From: Paragordius varius
Taxonomy: Eukaryota > Animalia > Nematomorpha
Length of the DNA: 64,000 nucleotides
Direction: 5' to 3'
NCBI GenBank assembly: GCA_964247055.1
Contig: OZ176050.1
Span: 4,154,001-4,218,000 of the forward strand
The position numbers and the translations under genes are program-made. The notes under the pieces were generated by a model. It was not told the origin of the DNA, did no database searches, and saw only the letters and a program-made list of their open reading frames with translations. Of this stretch, positions 38,401 through 50,200 are shown piece after piece (positions within the stretch are counted from its first letter, which is position 1; every line of letters starts with the position of its first letter).

Positions 38401-40247
38401 CATAACTTACGATCTTTACTTTGTTCTGTGGTAAGGCTACGTTGATTCAAGTCCCAGTTTATTATCATTATAAGAAAAGAGTGTGTCTATTTCTTCTTTT
38501 GCCATCAACATTAATGTTTTCAACAGTTTTTAAAGGGTGGGTGGCGTCTCTTCTCAGAGTATGACTGTAGAGGCGCAATCTATTAATTTGGATGATATAA
38601 TCGATTTTTTCCGTTTTTTGAAATGAAAGTTGGTAGTTCGGGTGTACGAAAGCAGCTTTTGAGTATTCGACCTTCATTAGTTAGGAGTTTTATCATTTTT
38701 TAAAGTAAAAACGATTTTCTTTATATTTTACAGTATGCATTTAATATCTTAGTTCACACTATAGTAGGGCAATTTGCAACACAGCAGTGTATAGAAAAAA
38801 CAACAAAATGTTGAATAAACATTTGTTTCCTTTCTTTTTTCCATACACCCCTGTGTTGCAAATTGCCCTACTATAGTGTGAAACAAGCAACCATTAAAAT
38901 GCATACTGTATATTATTTTACAATTTTAGATAACCCAAGATCACCATCTAATACTGATAATCATGAAACCCTTGACAATAACAACACATTAATAGTAAAT
39001 GATTCATCCACACCTCTAAATAATATCGATAACCAAGAGAATAATGATTCTACACCAATTAATAATACTGAAACTGGAATTGAAAATGAAAACCAAATGG
39101 ATCCTGGAGAGGAAACTGGTAATGGAACGAACAGCAATCTTATTTTCAGCACAAATCACCTCTCAGCTACTCGTGTTTTGTGTGGTGCCTTAGCCTTACC
39201 AACTTTGGCCACGTTAACGGGCAAATACCTTTTTCCTCACATAAAGTCTAACGTGGGGCGAGCTTTTGTGGTAATGCATATTTTTTTTAGTGAATTGAAA
39301 ATTTTTATATATGTGTGCTGTAAAAATTAAAAACATAATGGGAAACATAGAAAAGGGCAAATATTTTTTTATAAAGACAGCCATACTGTTCAAACCTTCG
39401 ATTGTTTCTAAATAGCGATTGTGAAACGTTTAATTGAGAATGTTACCACTTTACAACCCTAATCCGTTTTTCGTAATCCAAAACGATAGATTATAAATTA
39501 AGATTGAAAATATGGTTATCTTTATAAAATTATATTAATCTTTTTGTTTTTACGATTTGTCTTTATAATTAATTCATAATTTACGAGAAGAATTGTCTAT
39601 GATGAGAATTTGGAAACATTCCTTTATAAAATCCCCTTGTAGGGCGGCCTTTTAAATGTAATTTATGACTGATATAATTTTATAAGAGATTTTATTTTTT
39701 ATGTGTAGCACGTTTACAGAGACTTAATTGCAATCATTTTACACATGAATTAAAATTTAATTTAACATTTGGTTTTAAATAATTATACAACTTAATGCAT
39801 TGAAAAAAATAGATTATATAAATCAAATTAAATACAAAAAAACCAAAATGTTTTCTCACTACATCGCAATTTTTAAATGAAATATTTAGAAAAATAAAAT
39901 TTCAGGTGACTTTCATAGTTACCCATCATTCATTTATCAAAATTTATTCGATTTAATTTAAAATTATCTATCCTTCTAATTAGGGTTGCTTATCCTATCT
40001 AGCTATCAAAGGTGTTTTAACCTTGTATTACAAACAAAGGCAATACAATCGAATGCAACAACGTACAGTGCTAAATTATAATCCCTTGTTGTCAAGTAAT
40101 ACCAATCTTGTCAGTCCTTCTGAAAGCAATACAATTAATAACTTATCATCGCAATATAGATCATCATCTTTCCTTTTAGATTACAATAATGCTTCTGCAT
40201 CATATCCTTCTTCTAATACACCATTTCTAGAAATATATTATGGTTAA
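35420..40247 (+). CDS. MARCHF5: Mitochondrial RING-CH E3 ubiquitin ligase MARCH5/MITOL; exons 35420-35666, 36054-36184, 36211-36307, 36687-~36797, ~37941-37997, ~38931-39270, ~39984-40247
   Basis: RING-CH CWVC...PCKCRGTTKWVHQACLLRWIDEKQKGN...CPQC, YWSAFTYGAISLMQ|VMG, DPILLLICLPMIP, LSATRVLCGALALPT, AIKGVLTLYYKQRQY. Confidence 0.93.
36185..36210 (+). other. 26-nt GT-AG intron in MARCHF5
   Basis: GTTTTTTTTATTCTTTATATTTTTAG. Removal gives ...LMQ|VMG..., matching MARCH5 VMQVVG. The unspliced frame hits TGA. Confidence 0.9.
37159..37730. mobile_element. Second, inverted copy of the piggyBac-like element, in a MARCHF5 intron
   Basis: TTAA-CACTTGGATAC start. Internal blocks are the reverse complement of 19944-20518. 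The other end lacks the last ~5 nt but is followed by TTAA. Confidence 0.75.
38370..38690 (-). mobile_element. Decayed 3' fragment of a non-LTR retrotransposon (RTE-like ORF C-terminus)
   Basis: RLRLYSHTLRRDATHPLK...VDGKRRNRH and downstream ...SKDRKLWR resemble the RLRWxGHVxRR...GKRxRGRP...DRxxWR tail of RTE-type RT proteins; frame disrupted. Confidence 0.65.
38731..38908. mobile_element. Palindromic TA-flanked MITE family D (178 bp)
   Basis: TA|CAGTATGCATTT...AAATGCATACTG|TA with a long internal IR (CACACTATAGTAGGGCAATTTGCAACACAG). Second copy at 59519-59664. Confidence 0.85.
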
Positions 40248-41227
40248 TTTATGATATTTATTTAGAGGCACTTATAATGTAAATACATAGTAGTTTATAA
40301 AATAAATTCAAAATGGTATTTGGTATATTTAAATCTTTTTTGATAAAACAAATGTGTCATTTGGCCTTGGAAAATGGTATTAAATTTGAACGTATAATAA
40401 TTACTATCATCAAAAATCGGTTTAGATAAGTTAGTGAGGCCTAATTCTGAAATTTCAGGTTAAGGAATTTATATAATAAATCACGATTGTATTGATATCA
40501 AAATTAGACACAGGTGGAAAAAAAATTAAAGTTTATTTTGTAGTAAGTGGCTTTCATATATCGTTTGCAACACGCACAAAATATAACCTTTTTCATTTCA
40601 TCAGATCTTGAATATAATTTATTTTTCTTCATTTATACGAATCGTCCATAACTTCTGGACTAACAGTTCTAGCTTTAGTTTTTAAGTAAGGTTTAACATT
40701 TTATTAAAAAAATTTGATATAATTACACATAAGTTGGTTCTACAAAGCATATAAAATGAAAGACCTTTTATAAAATACAGGAAATTACTTTTCTAATATG
40801 ATTCTACTTAATTCAATTATTCAGAAAATTACAGTTGTATAAATTTATAAGATCACACTTTCATCTCTAATTATAATTTTCATAACAAATTTAATCAAAA
40901 TTTATTTATAATTATAAAACTAATAAATATATATTACAAACTAAATTTATTGCAATAAAACTAATTATGATAATTAATTTGAAACTAAATAAAATAATAA
41001 TTTATACTTACATAATATTTTTAGGTAAAATAAATATATATCAGTCGATAAATTATCTACAGTACTGCATTATATGCAAAGTGTATATATTAGACAAACA
41101 TAGTTTGAAGAAACAAAAAAAATTATAATTGTTGTAAATACATCAAAAATTTTTGGCCAATAGATGGATAATATTAAATGTTGGTAGAATTTTATGAATT
41201 TTTTTCTATATTTCCATAAAAGCCATT

Positions 41228-44200
41228 TTAGACATAATATTTGTTCATATATGTTGGGAATATATAGGATGATGGTTCATTCATAGCTACCATATACTTG
41301 AATGTACTGTAAAGGTGTAACAAAAGAAATGGGTATCGCTGAGTAAAATATGACAAAAAACCCGACGGTATAACACCCAAAGCATCTTTTAGTTCGGGTG
41401 ATAACTCTTTATAATGATGTTTCTATGAATTGAGAGAGAAAAAATAGAGTTATAGTAAAAAATAAAAATATATAAACAAAAATAAAATGTAATGCAAAAA
41501 AAACTAATATTTTTTCCAATAAAACGTATAGTTTTATCAATTTAAATCCCTATTTTAAAAAATCAAGTAAATAATATATGTATTCGAATAAAAAATATTG
41601 GTCTTTTTGTTTTCATCATTTCATTTTTATTGTAACAATGTCTGAATTTACCGGAGATTAATAAATTATAAGTTTTTATACCATATATTTTTTAAAATAT
41701 AATTATTGAAATTTCAAAAGATAAATTGTGGCTTACTTATACCCCTAAATTTAACATGCAAATATTAGTGGTTAAAATATTAATTTAATTATTGTCAGCA
41801 TATCCTAATCCAATTATATGCGCTTTTAAGCAAATAATTAAGTATGAGAGGTTTTTATCAAAAAATATATAAATTTTATACCTTATTGCGTAATGCCCTT
41901 AATAAATCACGAAGTGTATCCGTTCTGTAATCACGGAATTTTCTGAGATCCTTTTTAAGTTCAACGTCTAAGGCCCGTGACCAATCATAATATCTTTATA
42001 TGTATAATAATTTAACACTAATCCATTCATTCAAAAGTAATTGAACATCAAAAAGTAAATGATATATAAATTGTAAAACTGATAAAAAAACGCAAACCTT
42101 TCACCATTTTCATGGGTGATTATTTGACAAGCTTGGTTTGAAAAAACTAAATGAGATCTTTTTTCAAGTTGGAGCAAAAACTTATCGGTGGTCGGATCCG
42201 CTTTTTCAATTAAATCACTTACATCCTATTGAAATATTATTTAATTTATAAATTACTATTGAATTTATAAAACATAAAAACACCAATAAATTTTAATTAG
42301 AAACTCCATTTATACATGCCTAAAGAAAATATACATGGAGTATTAGTTATAATATAAAATTAAAACCCTAAAGTATTACCAAAATAAATTGTAGCTTTTT
42401 TTCATCAGACCAGAATGCACAATGAGACATACACTCTTCAACACTTGGGCGGAGAATGGAGTCGTAAGAAAGCATTTCTTGTATTAAACAAAGACCAATA
42501 TTTTCATCTATATATATATATATATTAATTAGCACACCTTATTAAAAATGTATGAGAATTAGATAAAAAGCGTATATTTTTTACAGTTTTCTAACTTAAT
42601 GAGTTAATAATTTGGACAGGTCCAAAACATGATTGAACAAAAAAGTTAATTTTTAAATCAATAAATATTAGGTGTTTGATGGTAAAATGCCACCTGAAAG
42701 CTTACTAAAGCTAATTTTATGTGCAAACATATGATATGGGCACAAAAATTAGTAAATTATATAAAAAACACGTTACTATGCATTATTTTAAACAAAAATT
42801 TAAATCATCTAATAAATTATAAATTGGATTGGTTTAAAAATATTGATTTTTTTAAAAAATAAAATTAGAAAGATACCAGACAAAGATTTGCTTTCGTTAT
42901 TGGTCATTAGGGGTGCATCGAGCCTTAAACGATTTTTATTAATGTTGAGTTGGCGTTGAATGGCATTTTCATTCCCGTTGAATGCGAAAGGATGCTTTCC
43001 ACGCGAACACACATAATACATAACGCATCCGGCAGAAAAAATGTCGGATTTATAAGGCTGTGTAATATTAAAAATATAAATTGTTAACAAAAAAACAATG
43101 AAAGAAGTTAAATACCAATTAATAATTATAAATAATGACAAAGCGTTAAAAGTTAACGATTAATTTTATTTTTTTATGAAGAAAACCATATATTTGATCG
43201 TTAAGCCTAAATTAACGTTAATTTATAAATATATATCTATGATATGCTTATTAAAATCAGGTTATAGAGGCTTTACAAAAATATTTAATTTTGGTCTTAT
43301 TTGTTAATTTAAATTTATATTTTAGTTTAAAGCCAACCTTTTACTAAAGACCAATTTTTTAAATTGAAAACATTTCCCTAAAAAATAACTTCTTTGATTT
43401 TTATGTGCGATATACTAGGGAGCATATAGAAAGTAATGATTTTTTATATTTATCAGATTCAATAAACTTGCCATAAATGCAAAATTTAAATCATTTAATT
43501 ATAAATTTATATAATTATTCCTTAATAATATTATTAAAATATATCGCTCAATATTTATAACATATAAATTTATATATCTATTGAGAAATTTAAGAAATCA
43601 CTTTGAATGTTAACAAACTGAAAACTTAATTAAAGTTTAAATTATATTTTACATCAATGGCATTTTGTTCATTGTTTAATGATTCTAAATAGGCATTGGA
43701 GAGCGATATATTGGAGGAAGAATCGTGATCTTTGGTTGAGGTAGGAGGTGAATGCTCAGAATTTGTAGAAGGTGAATTACTATGACAATTTGGCTTGCAA
43801 ACCGCTAATTTTAATAAATGATTATTTTTCTTCAAAACCGTAATCAAATAAAAAATTGTGAATGTTAAAAATAAAACTTTCTAACAAACTCGATAATTTT
43901 GGTCGAAAATTATTATATATAAATTTTAATTTGTCATCAATATATTAATTTTATGATAAAGAGCCTATATTTAATTTAATAAAATATGTTCGATAAGATT
44001 TTATAAAAAAAATTTTTTGGCATAAAAATTTGTAAGCCATAGAATGCATGTTTTAGAAAAAATATAATTTGTCTTTTTTAAAAGCCGTGGTATATATCTT
44101 ATAAGGTATAGTCTTAAACTATTATAAAATGATTATTGATTAAAACAATTTGATTTATTAATTAATAAAATTGGAAATCGTACGAACAAATGAAAAACAT

Positions 44201-47200
44201 ATCCACGTTAATATTAGTATTATCTAATAAACTAAACAGCATCTGCCACTCGAGTTTTGGCATTTTCTGATATTTACTATCAACAGTTAATCTAAAATAA
44301 TAATTATAATTATGCCTAAGAATTTTTTAGAATTTGATTTTTTAGGATTATGCGCCCTTTTTATCAAAATTTTATTAAAAAATGTTTTTCTTTGAAAGTA
44401 TACAACATGTGCCCAATTGTAATATATCATTCGAAAGAGCAAAAACTTTATAAACTACATACTAATATGTTTTACATAGATAGTTCATATTGGACACCGA
44501 GAGCGACAAACGCGCGCAACAGCGTTTTAATTAATATATTTTTAATACTAAAGGATGAAAGCTCAAACTTTGTGTAGATGACAATAAATTAATAAAGATA
44601 CACAAAAAACTTTTTTTGATTAAAACACTTATTTTTTGCTTTTATGTCATTCAAAACAGCCATTTTTAGTTTTTTTTTAAAAATACCATCTCATAAATAT
44701 TAAATTATTTTTTTAGATAGCTTAAAATTTTAAAATCTTAAAGATTAAATATATAGGTTAAGATATTCTTGATCTTTTATTACCATTATGTTTATATTTA
44801 TAGTTATAACTATGCATTTTAGTATCCACAAGGTATAATTTTGATAATAATAATTTTTATTACAAGCCAAAAGCTTTTCACATATTTTTTTAATTTTATA
44901 ATAATGTAACCCCAATAATTTATTAAAACAGTTTATGTGATTTTTAAATTAGTGTGTTTGTGAGTAATATTAAATAATTTAAGGATGGAAAATTTTGACC
45001 ATATAAACCCAAATAACTTTTACATCAGTAACTATCATTCGAAAGATACAGTTTTTTGCGCTCTTTCAAGTGATGTATAATATATGGCTATATATTCAAA
45101 ACTGTTAATTTTGAAAATTTCGAGTTTGATGTTAAATTGGTCGATAAACAATAAAAAAATTCTAAAGTGTAGACCAATTTTACAGATATACTATTTATAT
45201 ACTTTAATGAAATATACTTTAAATTTATAAGAATGGCAGTTAAAAAAAGTTAAAATTTGTTGTATAGTGTGATAGACGTATTCTTATATTACACATCTCT
45301 CACTAAAATACAAATGTAAAGTCTCAACAAATCTTAATCGTTGATATATTTTCTAAAAATAATACCATTAATTTCATCCATTTTATTACGATAAAAAGCG
45401 TTAGCTCCGAAAATTTCATTAGCTATCCAACCTAGGGTCCCTCGTATAATGGGTGAATAGGCAGGTTGTAGCGCATTTGGTGTTAAACCATTTTCTGTTT
45501 ATAAAAACAAATTATTCTGTAATTTAAAATCTAGGATATCCCTTCTATCAAAAAAATATGTGTTGCAAAAGAATCAAACTTCAATTATATTTGTTTGGCT
45601 TAATCTACAATGAAATAGGTGATGTATCACATATTAAGTCTGAATCACGATTTTATTTAGCACAAAATTATATTAAAATGATAAAATGTTTAATTGAAAG
45701 TTTCAAAAATACATTATAACCGGTAAAAGTCAATTTTAAATGATTCAAGGACAATTGAAATGTTTAAGGGCATTGCATACTGAAAATGAAATCAATATAT
45801 AAAAATATTATATTTGTAGGAAACCTTGAGTCAAATTTTGTTTGAGCAGCGATGGAATGTTGTTATTGTTAAAATAATGATGATTGGTGGTAAAAATCGA
45901 GGTAGCCGTATTTTCAAAACTTTTAGATATTCCAAAATCTGAGATAACAACCCTAATTTTATAATTTTTTTCGGACACCATTTCGCAATAACCATTTTTG
46001 ATATTACTATTTTTATCATTAGGCATTGTGGTTTCTGATGGTTGGGAAAAGCTATCTTTATCAGTTTTTGTGTGATTAAAAGTATCTGATCTGTTTCTTC
46101 GTATACTATTTGTGTGACATTTTTTTGGTTGAATTGATATCAGAACATTTTGTGGTTTAAGGTCCCGATGTACTAAATTATAAATAAGTACGCAATAAAT
46201 ATCAATACAGTAATTAAGATTATAATAATAAAGCATGAAAAAAGACTTAATACTTGATCCAAAACTTATTTTTATGGGTTGCGAAATAAGTAATAGAGTT
46301 TTAAAGTATTATACTCAATTTAATATCCAAAATTCAAATTTATAACGGATGATTAGTCTTTTATTACTTGTGTTTTAAATAGAAAACTTTACTGTATATC
46401 ATACAACAAATATAGTCCCCCCATTAATAAAAAATTCTTAACTGCATATAAAAAATTACCAATTTTTAATGCATGTAAATGACTAAGCCCATTTAACATT
46501 TGATGACAAAGATCCCAAACATTCGTATTTTTTAATACTATTTCATCCCATAACTCATATTTAGTGTTATGGGAAAAGGGATGATTTTCATTGACATATT
46601 GGTCATTCTTTTGTAATGTTTTACGTTCTATTGAATAATTATAATAAAAAATATAATAAACTAAGATTTAAAGAGTAAATTATAATATTGTAATTTTTAT
46701 AAAAATTTGATCCTTGATTTCTGGATAACTTTTATGTTTACATATTTAAATAAGAAATAATGTAATCATATACCTTGTAAAGAAGCGGATTATTCCTTAT
46801 TTCATGACTCAAATAGATTTATTCAAAAAAATCCGGTTTAAAAAATAAGTTTGTCTTTTAGAAATCCTTTTCCTTTTAATTTTTTATTTTGCCTGTATAT
46901 TTTAGATCAGAAACCCAAATACATCAAAAATAAAAAATAATAAATACTAACTTTGATTTTTCGTAACGAGCGGATCGGTTATATTTTGATTAGGGTGACC
47001 ATTCGTTTCTAAATATTTATCATGTGGAAAAATATCATAAGGTTCGGTCCATGGTTGAATACTTGTATCATCTAAGATACACAATATGTAATTTCATTCA
47101 TAAAAATGTTAAAACGGCAAATAAGGTAATAAATATTGATAAAACTAATTTAAAAACTTTTAAAAATAATTAATAACAATCTCTATGAATTTTTAAAAAA

Positions 47201-50200
47201 TATATATATAAAATAAAACAAATTTCAGTTAGTTGTAAATAAGGGCATATTTGATTCAATAATATAAATTTTTCTAAAAAAATCAAAATAAAACCATTAT
47301 TAGTTGATGAGGTAAAATCCACATTTTTATTAATATGGCAGTTACTATTGTTTTTTGTGTGGAATAAAGCAGCATGTTGGAATGTTAATTGACACAATTC
47401 AAGCGCAATATATATGACAGTTTGTGGTCCTGTCCCCATAATTTCAGCCGCGTAATATCTATATAGTAGATGGTAATAAAAATTACTATATCGACTGGGG
47501 TTATAAAATAAAGTAATTTAAACTTTTAACAGTGGACCACCTCATAATAACCCCTGGTTTAGGAATATACTTGGATAATTATATGTGAATAGTACTTTTT
47601 AATTAATTAAATTCGTATTTTTTAATATTTTTTTATATATATAATATGAAAAAAATTAATAAATAACATAAAACTTTACCAACTATTATATTAATATATT
47701 ACATTTAACCTATATGATATTTAGCATACACGAATGAGTTTATAAGCAATTAATAGCTAGGACTATAAGAGATTTACAATGTATTTTCCAAAATTGTTAG
47801 AAGGAAATTTTAAGGAGGCCAACAAATAACTGTATTACATATTTTCTATCACTTTTGACGAATATTATTTAACAAGATCAAAACCAAAATTTAGATAATA
47901 TTCCTACCTGATAACATTTTCATGCCTATCCGTTTTTATCATGTTAGCGATCTCACGATGGGCCATAAGTGTAAAAGTTTCAGGAAAATGTGGATGCATA
48001 CAACTAATTCGCTTAACTGCAATCGACCGTTTGTTTTCATAGGTACCCCTTTAATGGAGTTGGAAAAAAATATAAAAAAATAAATGCGATAATATGTTCG
48101 TTATATAATGATATTAAAATTATTCAATACAACTTTTCAATCAACAAGCTATATAATACTCATATTTAAATGGTAATAAATCAATATTTCTAAAAAATGT
48201 TTTAAGAAAAGATGGGTGAATATAGATTTACCTATAAATAACATATCTCTATTCAGTTCTTATATAGTTTTTTCAATGGTTCCGGTAGTTCCATCGTTTT
48301 TTTTGGTAAATGGTTAATATAATTTTGGTTTCATTTAAAACTTCAATGTTTTTGATTATCATTTATAATTCACATAAAAATGAAAGTTAACATTGACAGA
48401 TATTAACAGTTAGTTTTTGTCGGAACCGCAGTTCTAATTTTAAGATCCGTTCCAAAAAAAGTCAATCAATCCAGTCTTAGTCTCTGATATTATCCATTAT
48501 ATATTAATTACATATACCTAAAGACCACGGTTCCCATAGAACCGTAACCGAGTATGTTAGTTGTATCACATTCAATTTTCCCAATACAAACGATTGAATG
48601 CCGCCCATGAGCATTTTGATTGAGATATTGCGATTTAGTTTTGTCGTCCATACCATTTATATGCGCTCGAAATATGCCAAACGGAATAATATTCTTTAAA
48701 ATCGGAGCAAATAATTTGATAACTAACCGCCTCCGTTGTTGAGAAAACACAAAGACCTTAAAAAGACATATTTTATAATGAATCAAAATAATGTCAGCTA
48801 TATTATCAAATCAATCTAGATGTTAAATTCGTTTTCAATATTTAAACATAACTCACACATTATATAGAAAACGCAAAAACCAGTTATAACTAATTGTAAA
48901 CTCTTTTTTTTATTTGAAGACATATTAAATATAATTGATTTCTAGTCAAATTTAAACATTTTTTACAATCAATATAGTAAAATCAAATGTTCATACTATA
49001 AAGAGCGGTAAAAATAGCCCTATCCCGCACGTAGCTATAGCAAGTATGATGAACCGATTGAGGGTGAAATGTCGATTCTTTTGTCGCAGAATATACTTGA
49101 TTGGGGTGTATTGTTGCAAAAATATTTGACCAGAATTATTTGTTCCTAGCATCCAGAGTGCCGGTTCATACATTAAAGAAACGTTATTTTGAACGTTTTT
49201 GTTGTTTGCACTATTCTTGGTCGATAATAAATCACCCGTTAAAGAAGTTAATTGTGGTCGATGATCCCTGTTTGCTACCAATATGTTTTGTGTATCAGCA
49301 GGAGGTTCGGCGGCTCGTATGCTTTCAACAAATTTTTGGCCTAAATGTGCAGCGAAATGAAATGAAGGTAATGATGGTAAAAGGGTCGTAGTGTAAGTCA
49401 GAATAGGATAAAGCCATACATCACGTGCCGAAACAATTTCAATCGGAAACAGGAAAAAGAAACCAGGTATTGGACTTATAAATGAACTCTGTGGACTTGT
49501 AGTAATATCAAGTAGATCTGGTTCTTTCAGCTGTTGTGGGTCGGTAAAATTGGAGTTTCCAAAAGTAGAATCAACAGGATAGGTTATGTTAAATTTAAAA
49601 AGGTTTGACAGCGCTGAGATATTGGATCGAATATTTGTTTTTATGATTTCGTCTTCGTCTGTATAAGGTGCTTGAGTAGTATGGTTAGGTACTCCCGATA
49701 AATCTTCAATAAGTCTGTTGTGATGAAACATCCGGGTATTACTTTTGTTTTGACCATTCATTGCCGTAAACTGATGGCTTACGAGTTGTTCACTTCGATT
49801 ATGTGATATTAGACAGGGAATGGCAAATGGGTAATTAAACAAACATTTTGATACATTTTTCGAAGTGTCGCCACCCTTATCATTATTGACTGGTTGACGT
49901 GAAAAATTAGCTTTTTTGTATTTGTGCTGGTAATCAAAAGTCTCATCCAATACATCTGAAAAGGAATGTTGTGTTTCATGATCCAACAAACTGTTGTAAA
50001 AAGGACTTAAAAACAGCGCAGGAACCGGATTAGGATCCCAACGCCAATTAAAGTGCTTTCTATGTTTCTTGGCGACCCGCAAATCATAATCCATGGCTTT
50101 TTTACTTTTATTTACGTTTTTATACATTTCATCTGGAACTTCTCCAAATGGTATAACAATGTCATCAGTAACATTCAAAAAATCATCCGTTATGGCTGAA

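Noticed and set aside
46772-46903. Exon-like segment with AG/GT borders inside IRE1
   Set aside because: All three frames contain stops, and the flanking exons join in phase without it.
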